From an uncultured Erysipelotrichaceae bacterium (GTDB taxonomy: Bacteria > Bacillota_I > Bacilli_A > RFN20 > CAG-826): DNA of 45,769 bases. The notes below the pieces were generated by a model. The model saw nothing but the letters and a program-made list of their open reading frames with translations, was not told the origin of the DNA and ran no database searches. The stretch lies in the NCBI GenBank assembly GCA_902803285.1, contig CADCPC010000043.1, forward strand, positions 1 to 45,769. Reading direction: 5' to 3'. Every line of letters begins with the position of its first letter. Position 1 is the first letter of the stretch. A program made the position numbers and the translations under genes. Below are positions 37,156 to 45,769 of this stretch, piece after piece.

Positions 37156-38829
37156 ATGACAAAGATTAGTGATGAGACTAATGTAGAGAAAATTGAACGT
37201 AAGAGTAAGAAAAACATGCTCTTAGGAACAATTTTAGGCTACCTCGCTATAGCAATATCTGTTTGTTATGGTCTTTTCCTCACTCCTGAAATTGTCGATG
37301 CAGTTGGAGAAACCGATTACGGATTATATGGTTTAACTTCTTCGATTGCAGTTTTGTTATTGATGGATTTTGGCTTAACAAATACCATCTACACTTATTT
37401 GGCTAGATTAAGAGCAAACAATGATAAGAAGGGCGTAGAGACTTTTACGGCAAGCATATTCAAGTTATATATGATGCTTGATGTGGTGTTTGTCATTATT
37501 ATTGCTGTAGTCTTCTTTATTTCCCCATATATTTTTAAAGCCTACTATGTAGATGGTGCTCCGATTGATCCATTTAACTTCGATGTAAGCTTGCCTATTA
37601 ATAAGCTAAGATACCTTCTTTTAATTGTTGGTGGTTTCACTTTGATTAGTGTTCCATGTTCTTGCTTCTCTGCAGTCATGAGTGCTTATGAGAAGTTTGG
37701 CATGATTAAGTTTGCTGACATCGTTCAAAAGGCCCTTTATCTTGCTTTCTCAATTGTCGCAATTCATATGGGTTGGGGCATTATTGGCATTGTCTTAGTT
37801 AACGTATTAAGTGGCTTGCTGGCAGTAATTATTAGAATATTATATTCTAGGTTCTATATAGGCATTAAGCTCGACTTAAGGCTTAATGTCGCTAAACAAG
37901 ACTTAAAGAATATTCTCTCCTTCTCAGGATGGGGTTTTGTTGTTACTTTATGTTCGAGATTAGTTATTACAATAGCACCTACTATTTTAGGTGTCATTTC
38001 TAATAGTGCTGAAGTTACATTATTCTCCCTTGTTGTCACAATTGAACAATATATCTTCATGGTTGGTGAAATGATGTCTAGCTTCTTTATGGCCAAGATT
38101 GCTAGAAATGATGCAACTGGAAGCGAAGAAGAGAAACGAGAACATCTACAAAATCTCGCTGAGAAGATTGGCAAACTGCAATTTGTAGTTATTGCTTTAA
38201 TCATCTGTGGATTTGTTTCGTGTGGTCAAGAATTCGTATTGGTGTGGATGAAAGGCAAAGGCGAACTTTATAACATCTATTGGTGTATTGTTATCATCTG
38301 TTCATATGAAGTCTTCCATATTCCTCAATTAGCGCTTCAAAATGCGATGTATACAAGAGGATACATCAAGCCATATGCGATTACACAAATCATTAAAGCG
38401 TTAGTAAGCTTAGGTCTATCATTTACATTAGGTTCATATTTTGGTGCAGTTGGCGTCGCATTTGGAATTTTAGGTGCTCAAGTAGTGGAACTTATTGCTA
38501 CTAACATTGTCTATAGAAAATACCTCAAGATTTCACTTAGACATTACTTCAGTGCTATTTATATTAGAGGTGGTATAACCATGGCAATTAGCATTGGTGT
38601 GGGACTACTACTTCACTTCTTCCTACACATGGAATATCACATGTTTGTCCAATTCTTAATCATTGGTGTGATCGTCGTTATCACGTATGGACTATGTACA
38701 ATATTTATAACCTTCAAAAAGGATGAAAGAAAATATTATGTTTCTGCTCTTGCAAGAGTCATGCATCTCGATAAATTCTTAAAAAAAGACAACAAAAACG
38801 AAACAAAAGAGATAGAAAATAAAGAATAA
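37156..38829 (+). CDS. Wzx/MATE-like polysaccharide flippase
   Basis: About 14 TM; TP.....G..YGLY, DFGL, AYEKF, G.EF...W. Confidence 0.88.
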   Translation: MTKISDETNVEKIERKSKKNMLLGTILGYLAIAISVCYGLFLTPEIVDAVGETDYGLYGLTSSIAVLLLMDFGLTNTIYTYLARLRANNDKKGVETFTASIFKLYMMLDVVFVIIIAVVFFISPYIFKAYYVDGAPIDPFNFDVSLPINKLRYLLLIVGGFTLISVPCSCFSAVMSAYEKFGMIKFADIVQKALYLAFSIVAIHMGWGIIGIVLVNVLSGLLAVIIRILYSRFYIGIKLDLRLNVAKQDLKNILSFSGWGFVVTLCSRLVITIAPTILGVISNSAEVTLFSLVVTIEQYIFMVGEMMSSFFMAKIARNDATGSEEEKREHLQNLAEKIGKLQFVVIALIICGFVSCGQEFVLVWMKGKGELYNIYWCIVIICSYEVFHIPQLALQNAMYTRGYIKPYAITQIIKALVSLGLSFTLGSYFGAVGVAFGILGAQVVELIATNIVYRKYLKISLRHYFSAIYIRGGITMAISIGVGLLLHFFLHMEYHMFVQFLIIGVIVVITYGLCTIFITFKKDERKYYVSALARVMHLDKFLKKDNKNETKEIENKE

Positions 38830-38856
38830 GGCATAGCGGTGGCTATGTTTTATTTT
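38828..38856 (+). terminator. Intrinsic terminator
   Basis: AAGGCATAGC-ggtg-GCTATGTTTT. Confidence 0.75.
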
Positions 38857-38933
38857 AACCGACATTAGCTATTTTTTTACGAGTGAGAAAAATTGATATT
38901 ACCAACTACTAGAATTATTGATATAATAATCGT

Positions 38934-39011
38934 GCCGTCACGATAGATAACTATGAATCAGGTCAGGACAGGAATGTAGCAGCCTTAAGTAACTTGTTTA
39001 TGTGTGACGGT
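38934..39011 (+). ncRNA. ffs: Signal recognition particle RNA, small (4.5S-type)
   Basis: Terminal stem GCCGTCAC/GTGACGGT; domain IV GGTCAGG-ACA-GGAA-TGT-AGCAGCC; extended -10 TGaTATAAT 38919-38927; adjacent to tadA. Confidence 0.93.
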
Positions 39012-39019
39012 TTTAAATT

Positions 39020-39475
39020 ATGAAGCACAGCAAAGAATACTTTATGAAGATCGCGTTGAAAGAAGCTGAGAAGGCTCTTTTAATCGATGAAGTTCCAATT
39101 GGAGCGGTTATCGTTAAGGAAGGTAAAATCATTGCTAGAGGCTATAACCATAGAGAAAGCAAAAACGATGTTACTAGTCACGCGGAGATTGAAGCGATTA
39201 GGAAAGCCAATAAAAAACTTAAGAGCTGGAGACTTGTGGACTGCGATATCTATGTATCTATCGAGCCATGTATGATGTGTATGGGCGCTCTCATCCAATC
39301 ACGTATTGCAAATATCTATTATGGGGCCAAAGATTATAAAGGCGGGGCGCATATTTCATCAATTAACGCTCTTGATGCTAAAAACATTAATCACCATCCT
39401 CATGTAGAAGGTGAGATACTCGAAAAAGAGTGTTCAGAAATCATCAGTCAATATTTCAAAAATAAACGCAAATAA
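39020..39475 (+). CDS. tadA: tRNA adenosine(34) deaminase
   Basis: EVPIGAV, HAE..AI, W.RL..C, EPC.MC.GA, NH, F...R. Confidence 0.93.
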   Translation: MKHSKEYFMKIALKEAEKALLIDEVPIGAVIVKEGKIIARGYNHRESKNDVTSHAEIEAIRKANKKLKSWRLVDCDIYVSIEPCMMCMGALIQSRIANIYYGAKDYKGGAHISSINALDAKNINHHPHVEGEILEKECSEIISQYFKNKRK

Positions 39476-39480
39476 AATAG

Positions 39481-39514
39481 AAACGGCCAATTCGAAAGAT
39501 AATGGTCGTTTTTT
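39481..39514 (+). terminator. Intrinsic terminator
   Basis: AAACGGCCA/TGGTCGTTT plus T-run. Confidence 0.7.
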
Positions 39515-39566
39515 GAATTTATTTCAAATCATTGCTATTAAATAGTTAATTTAATAATATATTTGT

Positions 39567-42092
39567 ATGCAAAAAAATCTAACGAGTGAACAAATTGAAA
39601 GATATCAGTCAACTGTTTCAGAAGGATTAAATGATGAACAGGTCGCTAAAAGAATAGAACAAAAACTCGTAAATAAAACGATTTTAGTTGTTGGTAAATC
39701 TTATTGGGAAATCATTAGAGGCAATGTTCTCTCATTTTTTAACATTTTATTATTTATCATCGCTTCATTAATGATTTACGCCAACGTTAATGATGGAAAT
39801 CCTGCTACTCATTGGTATACAGGCTTATTCTTCTTGATTGTTCAATTCTTAAATATTGGCTTAGGTCTATATCAAGATTTAAAGGCTAAACATTTAATGA
39901 AAAAGATGAAGATTGTTACCACGCCTCACGCAACAGTGGTAAGAAACGGGAAAGCCGATTCTATTATCCCTGAAGAAATAGTGTTAGATGACATATTAGT
40001 AGTGGGAGCAGGAGAACAAGTAACTTCCGATAGCATCATCCTTGATGGCACTGTGCTTGTTAATGAATCTCTACTAACTGGTGAAAGCCAAAACGTTTTA
40101 AAAACAGTAGGGGATCTAATCCTTTCAGGAACATACGTTGCAAGTGGAAGATGTTATGCTAGAGTGGAACATGTTGGAAAAGAAAACTATGTTGAAACTT
40201 TAGCAATGAAGGCTAAAGCCTTTAAAAGAAATCCTTCCCATATTTTAAAATCAATCAGAAAACTATTTAGATCATTAGGCATTATCGTTATTACCTTATT
40301 TGCGGTTATCGCTACTACATATGCGATTATGGGCCAATTCTCCACAAAGGCAGACTTTGTGAGAGTCATTGGACCGTTATCAGGACAATTTGTAGCGATG
40401 ATTCCAGCAGGATTATATCTTTTAACATCTGTCACTTTAGCAGCAGGAGTCATTTCCCTATACACCAAGAAGGCTAATGTTCAAGATTTATATTCCATTG
40501 AAATGCTCACCAGAAGTGATGTTTTATGTGTTGATAAAACAGGCACTATTACTGATGGCACTATGGAAGTAAAAGATGTTGTTCCATTTACTAGCTTCTT
40601 ACACAAAATTGACGAAGAAGAGATTAACCAAATCGTTTCTAATATTACACTAGCAACTGGTGACACTAACGCAACTGCTGTCGCGTTAAATAAATATTTC
40701 AAAAACTTTGTTAAATATGAAGTGGAGACGCCTCTTCCATTTAACAGTGAAAATAAATATTCTGGTGCAACTTTTAAAGGCGGCATCACTTATTTATTAG
40801 GTGCTATTGAGTTCATGGATTTAGAGCTCAAAGAAGATATTAAGAAACTTAGTGATGAATATGCTTCTAAAGGCTATCGTGTTTTAGTGCTTGCTAAGGG
40901 TACTAATAAGATTAAAGAAAATAAATATGAAGGTAAACTAAAAGCTTTAGCTTTAATTGTATTACAAGACCACATCAAAGATAACGCTCCTGCCACATTC
41001 AAATGGTTTAATGAGAATGGTGTGCAAATCAAAGTTATCTCTGGAGATAATGCTATTACAGTAAGCGAAATCGCTAGACAAGCTGGAATTAAAAATGCAG
41101 AAAAATATATTTCCTTAGAAGGAATGTCGATAGAAGAAGTTAAGCAAATTGCTCATGACTATGTGGTTTTTGGAAGAGTTACTCCTGAACAAAAAGAAGC
41201 AATAGTTATTGCTTTAAAAGAAAAAGAACATACAGTAGCAATGACAGGAGACGGGGTTAACGATATTCTTGCTCTTAAAAGGGCAGATTGTAGTATCGCT
41301 ATGAATAATGGCTCACAAGCTGCTAAAAACGTTTCTCACGTTGTCTTAATGAACGATGACTTTGCAACCATGCCATCTATCGTTGCGGAAGGAAGAAGAG
41401 TCATTAATAATCTTCAAAGAACTGGCTCTTTATTCTTAACCAAAACACTATTTGCAATCACCTTATCCATTACATTCTGGATTGTTTCTATTGCTTCTAA
41501 AGGCATGTATTCATATCCATTCTCCACAAATAACATGCTCATATGGGAGAACTTTGCAATCGGTATCAGTACATTCTTTATTGCTCTAGAACCTAATAGC
41601 GAACCTATTAAGACTGGTTTCTTAAGAAACGTCTTTAAACGCGCTGTTCCAGCAGCCACAATGATGGTTTCTTGTGTGTTTATTTGTTATCTCTTATTCA
41701 TCTTGCAAAATAACGGAATTGTTTATACTGGAGTAGAATCCTTTGGCTATGTAACAGAAGCATCACGTGTTTCTAGATATGGAGCGACAGCAATGTCTAT
41801 CATGTGCTTCTCTGCTCTATCATATGTTGTTTTATATATGGTCTGTAGACCATTAAGCAAATATCGTGCAGTAGTTTTAGCGGGTTCATTAACTTGTGGA
41901 ATTATCGCAGTTATTATCGCGGCATTTACAAGTCCAACAACAAACGTATTTAATATCGACTTTGGTAGAATTTCAGTAGAAAACGTTGTTGCTATTATTA
42001 GCATCGTAGTTTTACTCGCTGCCATTTTACTTGGAGGTCAAAAAATAGTTGAGGCCATTAAAGGAGAAAAACCAAATGATCAAAGTAAGTAG
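39567..42092 (+). CDS. P-type ATPase (CtpE-like cation transporter)
   Basis: ESLLTGES, MIP.GL.LLTS, DKTGT, SGDN, FGRVTPEQK, TGDGVND. Confidence 0.93.
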   Translation: MQKNLTSEQIERYQSTVSEGLNDEQVAKRIEQKLVNKTILVVGKSYWEIIRGNVLSFFNILLFIIASLMIYANVNDGNPATHWYTGLFFLIVQFLNIGLGLYQDLKAKHLMKKMKIVTTPHATVVRNGKADSIIPEEIVLDDILVVGAGEQVTSDSIILDGTVLVNESLLTGESQNVLKTVGDLILSGTYVASGRCYARVEHVGKENYVETLAMKAKAFKRNPSHILKSIRKLFRSLGIIVITLFAVIATTYAIMGQFSTKADFVRVIGPLSGQFVAMIPAGLYLLTSVTLAAGVISLYTKKANVQDLYSIEMLTRSDVLCVDKTGTITDGTMEVKDVVPFTSFLHKIDEEEINQIVSNITLATGDTNATAVALNKYFKNFVKYEVETPLPFNSENKYSGATFKGGITYLLGAIEFMDLELKEDIKKLSDEYASKGYRVLVLAKGTNKIKENKYEGKLKALALIVLQDHIKDNAPATFKWFNENGVQIKVISGDNAITVSEIARQAGIKNAEKYISLEGMSIEEVKQIAHDYVVFGRVTPEQKEAIVIALKEKEHTVAMTGDGVNDILALKRADCSIAMNNGSQAAKNVSHVVLMNDDFATMPSIVAEGRRVINNLQRTGSLFLTKTLFAITLSITFWIVSIASKGMYSYPFSTNNMLIWENFAIGISTFFIALEPNSEPIKTGFLRNVFKRAVPAATMMVSCVFICYLLFILQNNGIVYTGVESFGYVTEASRVSRYGATAMSIMCFSALSYVVLYMVCRPLSKYRAVVLAGSLTCGIIAVIIAAFTSPTTNVFNIDFGRISVENVVAIISIVVLLAAILLGGQKIVEAIKGEKPNDQSK

Positions 42093-42981
42093 TGAAGTTA
42101 AAAAGGCTTTAGAAGAAGGTAGAGCGGTTGTTGCTTTAGAAAGCACAATTATATCGCATGGCATGCCTTATCCTAAAAATGTTGAAACAGCTTTAAAAGT
42201 TGAAGAAGTAATCAGAAGTCATGGCGCTGTTCCTGCCACAATTGGCATTATTGATGGTGTGGCAGTAGTGGGCATGACTCCAGAAGAAATCGAACAATTT
42301 GGTAAAAGAAAAGGCATTATCAAAGTATCTCGTAGAGATCTACCTGTTGTTTATGCGAAAAAGTTATGGGCTGCTACTACAGTAGCTGCGACAATGATTA
42401 TTGCTCATCAAGCTGGCATTGAAGTATTTGTCACTGGCGGTATTGGTGGAGTTCATAGAGGCGCCCAAGAAACTATGGATATCTCTGCAGACTTACAAGA
42501 ATTAGCAAAGACTGATGTGACAGTTGTCTGTGCAGGGGCTAAAGCAATCTTAGATTTACCTCTCACATTAGAATATTTAGAAACAATGGGTGTTCCAGTT
42601 TTAGGATATAAAACCAAAGAGTTACCTGCTTTCTATACATCTCACTCAGGATTGTCTGTTGATTATCAAGTTGATTCTCCACTTGAAATGGCACAAATTA
42701 TCAAAGAGAAAAGAGACAACTCTCTACAAGGAGGAATCTTATTAACTAACCCAATTCCAGAAGAATTCGCAATGGATAAAGACGTTATTAATAATGCGAT
42801 TGAAGTTGCGCTTAAAAAGATGGATGAACAAGGCATTAAAGGAAAAGAATGCACTCCATTCTTATTAAAGACAATTGTTGAACTAACAGGTGGAGATTCT
42901 TTAGAAAGCAATATTAAACTCGTATTAAATAACGCTGCCGTTGGTAGCGAAGTTGCAAAGGAATACGCAAAGATCAAATAA
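42076..42981 (+). CDS. psuG: Pseudouridine-5'-phosphate glycosidase
   Basis: VALESTIISHGMPYP.N, KVSRRD, ATTVA.TM, TGGIGGVHRG, DISADL.EL, GK..TPFLL. Confidence 0.96.
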   Translation: MIKVSSEVKKALEEGRAVVALESTIISHGMPYPKNVETALKVEEVIRSHGAVPATIGIIDGVAVVGMTPEEIEQFGKRKGIIKVSRRDLPVVYAKKLWAATTVAATMIIAHQAGIEVFVTGGIGGVHRGAQETMDISADLQELAKTDVTVVCAGAKAILDLPLTLEYLETMGVPVLGYKTKELPAFYTSHSGLSVDYQVDSPLEMAQIIKEKRDNSLQGGILLTNPIPEEFAMDKDVINNAIEVALKKMDEQGIKGKECTPFLLKTIVELTGGDSLESNIKLVLNNAAVGSEVAKEYAKIK

Positions 42982-43532
42982 TGAAAACCGAACACGAATT
43001 AGCTAGAGCCTTAAAAGAAATGATGTCTAGCCAACCGCTAGATACTATTTCTGTGGTTGACTTATCGAATAAATGTAATGTTTCTAGAAAGACATTCTAT
43101 TACCATTACCATGATATCTACGATTTGTTGACACAGGTCTTTTTGGATGAAAAAATTCCTGGAGGTAATAACGTTGAATCACTAACTGATTTAGTAGTCG
43201 TTGTTTGGCGTTATTACAAAGCTAATGAAGCGTTTATTCTTGCCACTTTATCGAGTGCTGGCAAAGACTTATTTGAAGAATTTATATATAACTATTTTTA
43301 TACTGCATCATTAAAAATCATTGCTCATATTGATGAGAATCGTAAATTAAACACGAACATGAGAAAAAACATTGCTAGATTTTACGCTAGCGGATATAGT
43401 CATTCACTTGTCTATTATCTAGCAAATTATAAGAACAAATCTTTAGAAGGGCTCAGCAACTGCTTTATGTTCTTAAATAGCACAAACATTGAAAAATCTG
43501 TGCAAAAAGCAGTTAAACTTGCAGAAAAATGA
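42981..43532 (+). CDS. TetR-family transcriptional regulator
   Basis: I.V.DL...C.VSRKTFYYHY.DIYDLL HTH. Confidence 0.9.
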   Translation: MKTEHELARALKEMMSSQPLDTISVVDLSNKCNVSRKTFYYHYHDIYDLLTQVFLDEKIPGGNNVESLTDLVVVVWRYYKANEAFILATLSSAGKDLFEEFIYNYFYTASLKIIAHIDENRKLNTNMRKNIARFYASGYSHSLVYYLANYKNKSLEGLSNCFMFLNSTNIEKSVQKAVKLAEK

Positions 43533-44701
43533 TGAATCAATTCGAATTTCAAATCCCAACCAAATTATATTTTGGTCCAAAAAAAGAAGAGGAAGTTGGA
43601 CAAATTTTATCTTCTTATGGCGCCAAAAATGTTTTGATTGTGATCGGCAAATCTTCTGTAATTAAAAGCGGTCTTTTAAATCGTGTTTCTAAGAGTTTAG
43701 AAAATGAAAATATAACCTACTATATTTTAGCTGGTGTTAGGGCAAATCCAACATTTGATTTAGTTATTGAAGGTAAAAATCTCGCCAAACAACATAATGT
43801 AGATTTCATCCTCGCAATTGGAGGAGGAAGTGTTATTGATACCGCTAAATGTATTGGTGTTAACGCCTTATACGATGGCAATATTAGAGATTTCAATTAT
43901 CACGTTGTTGCTCCAACTCAAACTTTACCTGTTGGAGTTATCTTAACAATTTCTGCTGCTGGTAGTGAAATGAGCAACTCCTGTGTTATTCAAGATGATG
44001 TGATGAATAAAAAGATGGGCTTTAATAGTGAGATTATTAGGCCTGTATTTGCAATTGAAGATCCTGAATTAACTTATTCTGTCTCTAAGGAACAAACAGC
44101 ATATGGAGTAGTCGATATATTAATGCACACTCTTGAAAGATATTTTTCCGATAGTGATAAATATGAACTCGCTGATGAAATAGCGTTAGGTTTAATTAAA
44201 CATGTCGTTGATGTTGGATTAATTGCTTATAACGAACTAGAGAATTATGAAGCAAGAGCAAAATTAATGCTTGCTAGTTCTATTTCACACAGTGGATTTA
44301 CAAGTATTGGCAAGAAATATACAATGCCTGTCCATCAATTAGAACACGCTGTTAGTGGTCGTTTCCCTAAGATTGCTCATGGGTTAGGATTAGCAATTCT
44401 TTTCCCGGCGTGGGCTAAAGAATATCTTCCATATGAAAGTAAAAAGCTTGCTAAACTTGGTAGATATGTTTTTGAACTAGAAGGAAAAGATAACGAAGTA
44501 GCAGAAAAATGTATTAATAGATTCAGCAAATATTTCAAAAAGCTTGGAATGCCTTCCCGCTTAAGCGAAGTTGGCATCAGTGAGCAACAAATATTAGAAC
44601 TAGTTGATATAGTCTCACAGAAAGGAGAAAGGATAATATATCACAGAAGTCATCCTTTAGATGTCAAAGTTATGTATGATATATTTTCCAGAGTAAAATA
44701 A
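43529..44701 (+). CDS. Iron-containing alcohol dehydrogenase (butanol dehydrogenase-like)
   Basis: PT..YFG, GGGSVID.AK, A.GSEM, D...H.LE.YF, H..EH..SG....AHG.GL. Confidence 0.92.
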   Translation: MMNQFEFQIPTKLYFGPKKEEEVGQILSSYGAKNVLIVIGKSSVIKSGLLNRVSKSLENENITYYILAGVRANPTFDLVIEGKNLAKQHNVDFILAIGGGSVIDTAKCIGVNALYDGNIRDFNYHVVAPTQTLPVGVILTISAAGSEMSNSCVIQDDVMNKKMGFNSEIIRPVFAIEDPELTYSVSKEQTAYGVVDILMHTLERYFSDSDKYELADEIALGLIKHVVDVGLIAYNELENYEARAKLMLASSISHSGFTSIGKKYTMPVHQLEHAVSGRFPKIAHGLGLAILFPAWAKEYLPYESKKLAKLGRYVFELEGKDNEVAEKCINRFSKYFKKLGMPSRLSEVGISEQQILELVDIVSQKGERIIYHRSHPLDVKVMYDIFSRVK

Positions 44702-45769
44702 ATGAAAAAAGAAGATGTTTTTGGATTACTGATGTATTTGGTAATCTTTGCAGTTGCGTTAATATTCGGCTTGTCAATTTTACAGCCACATTTTGCAAAG
44801 TCATCATTTAACTTAGGTATAATTTATGCCTTGTTCATCTTAGGTGCTTTAGTAACTTCTATTATTATTTGTGCGCTTCTATTTGAATTTGGACATGTAT
44901 TAGGGGCCAAGGTGGGCAGATATATAGTTCTTTCGATCTGCGTTCTTGGCTTTAAATTATTAAAAGATGACAACAAATGGAAATTTAAATTTGGTAGTTA
45001 TGATGGTTTACTTGGTGAAACCAAGATTTTACCAAAAGATGAAAAATCATCTCCTCGTCCATATTTATTATTTGGAACATTCTTTGCTATTGCGTTTGGA
45101 ATTCTTTCCATAGTCCTTTTCTACATCAATAAAGACTATGTTGGATTTAGAGGAGATGTTGGATATTTCTTCTTAACATGTGCTGTCGTAGCCTTTATTT
45201 GTGTGCTATATAATATCGCTCCTTTCAAACTAGATTCTCTTAACGATGGATATCGTTTAGCGATGGTTTCTAATCCTAAAAATAAAGAAGCTTTTAACGA
45301 ACTATTAAGAGTGGAACACGAAATTGCATTAGGTAATGAAAATGTTGAAATTAAAACATTTACAGAATTAACTAACTTCACTGCATCATTAAATATGAAT
45401 AAGGTCTATCTCGCTTTAGATAAAGAACAATATGATGAAGCATTAGAGCTAATTGATATTGTTTTAAACAATGAAAAGACAATTTCTAGAAAAGTCTACT
45501 TACGCGCTATTGCGATGAAAGTCTATTTAATCTTTGTTAGTAAAGGCAAAGAAGAGGGCTTAAAATACGTTGGAACTTCCATTAATAATGAACTAAGAAG
45601 AGAAATTAGTGGTGATACCCACTCACTAGTATCTATTCGCGCTTACTTATTAATTGCGGGATTAGCTGATAAATCTAAGAGCGAATGTTTATTAGTCCTT
45701 TCTAAAGCCTACAAAGCTTACAAAGCCACTCCAAAAGAAAGAAGAGTGGTTGAATCAGGTTACTTTAAT
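44702..45769 (+). CDS. M50 (site-2 protease)-like membrane protein with a degenerate zinc motif (partial, runs off window)
   Basis: ATG 44702 open to the window end: ...ALLFEFGHVLGAKVG...NIAPFKLDSLNDG..., then a helical C-terminal region; absent from the ORF track because it has no stop. Confidence 0.75.
   Translation, partial: MKKEDVFGLLMYLVIFAVALIFGLSILQPHFAKSSFNLGIIYALFILGALVTSIIICALLFEFGHVLGAKVGRYIVLSICVLGFKLLKDDNKWKFKFGSYDGLLGETKILPKDEKSSPRPYLLFGTFFAIAFGILSIVLFYINKDYVGFRGDVGYFFLTCAVVAFICVLYNIAPFKLDSLNDGYRLAMVSNPKNKEAFNELLRVEHEIALGNENVEIKTFTELTNFTASLNMNKVYLALDKEQYDEALELIDIVLNNEKTISRKVYLRAIAMKVYLIFVSKGKEEGLKYVGTSINNELRREISGDTHSLVSIRAYLLIAGLADKSKSECLLVLSKAYKAYKATPKERRVVESGYFN

Noticed and set aside
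6048-42075. Longer N-termini given in the ORF track (6048, 12432, 14500, 16173, 19066, 24677, 31138, 32060, 32917, 33830, 36074, 42049)
   Set aside because: Downstream ATGs fit SD or promoter positions and family N-termini better, and avoid long overlaps
3601-45381. Many short antisense or alternate-frame ORFs in the track (e.g. 3601-3876, 10286-10645, 18150-18644, 29597-29887, 42666-42995, 45136-45381)
   Set aside because: They lie within well-supported genes and show no motifs or SD; they are shadow ORFs
1-45769. CRISPR array, IS element, prophage, rRNA or genetic code 4
   Set aside because: No regularly spaced repeats, transposase or phage genes seen; TGA serves as stop in ATGA overlaps (e.g. 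11336, 14342)

Overview
AT-rich, gene-dense chromosomal window from a low-GC anaerobic Bacillota. It uses standard code 11, and a short Alu-less SRP RNA plus a minimal Rnf suggest a reduced Bacilli/Mollicutes-related gut or rumen lineage (inference). Left to right: a candidate type I toxin-antitoxin locus, two GNATs, Fe-ADH + YhhN lysoplasmalogenase, a GPH/MelB-type MFS transporter, tRNA-Ala(GGC), an acidic Ig-repeat surface protein, MscS, and rnfCDGEA-x-B(short)-apbE-NusG_II-Gx. Next is a divergent fatty-acid module (thioesterase-ACP-adenylating enzyme <- -> PAI-type linoleate isomerase, CrtI/RetSat-like flavoenzyme, FNR-[2Fe-2S] reductase), then PI-PLC and a serine hydrolase, and a hydrogenase-less hypB-hypB-(975 aa Fe-S flavoprotein)-hypA operon. 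The right arm has a dTDP-rhamnose/glycosyltransferase/flippase locus with one A8-frameshifted transferase, SRP RNA, tadA, a P-type ATPase, psuG, TetR, a second Fe-ADH and a degenerate M50 peptidase. The best candidates for undescribed systems are (1) a putative PUFA isomerisation/biohydrogenation cluster (possibly trans-10,cis-12 route) and (2) an orphan HypA/HypB metallochaperone operon around an Fe-S flavoprotein. All family calls come from motif recognition by eye; no searches were run.
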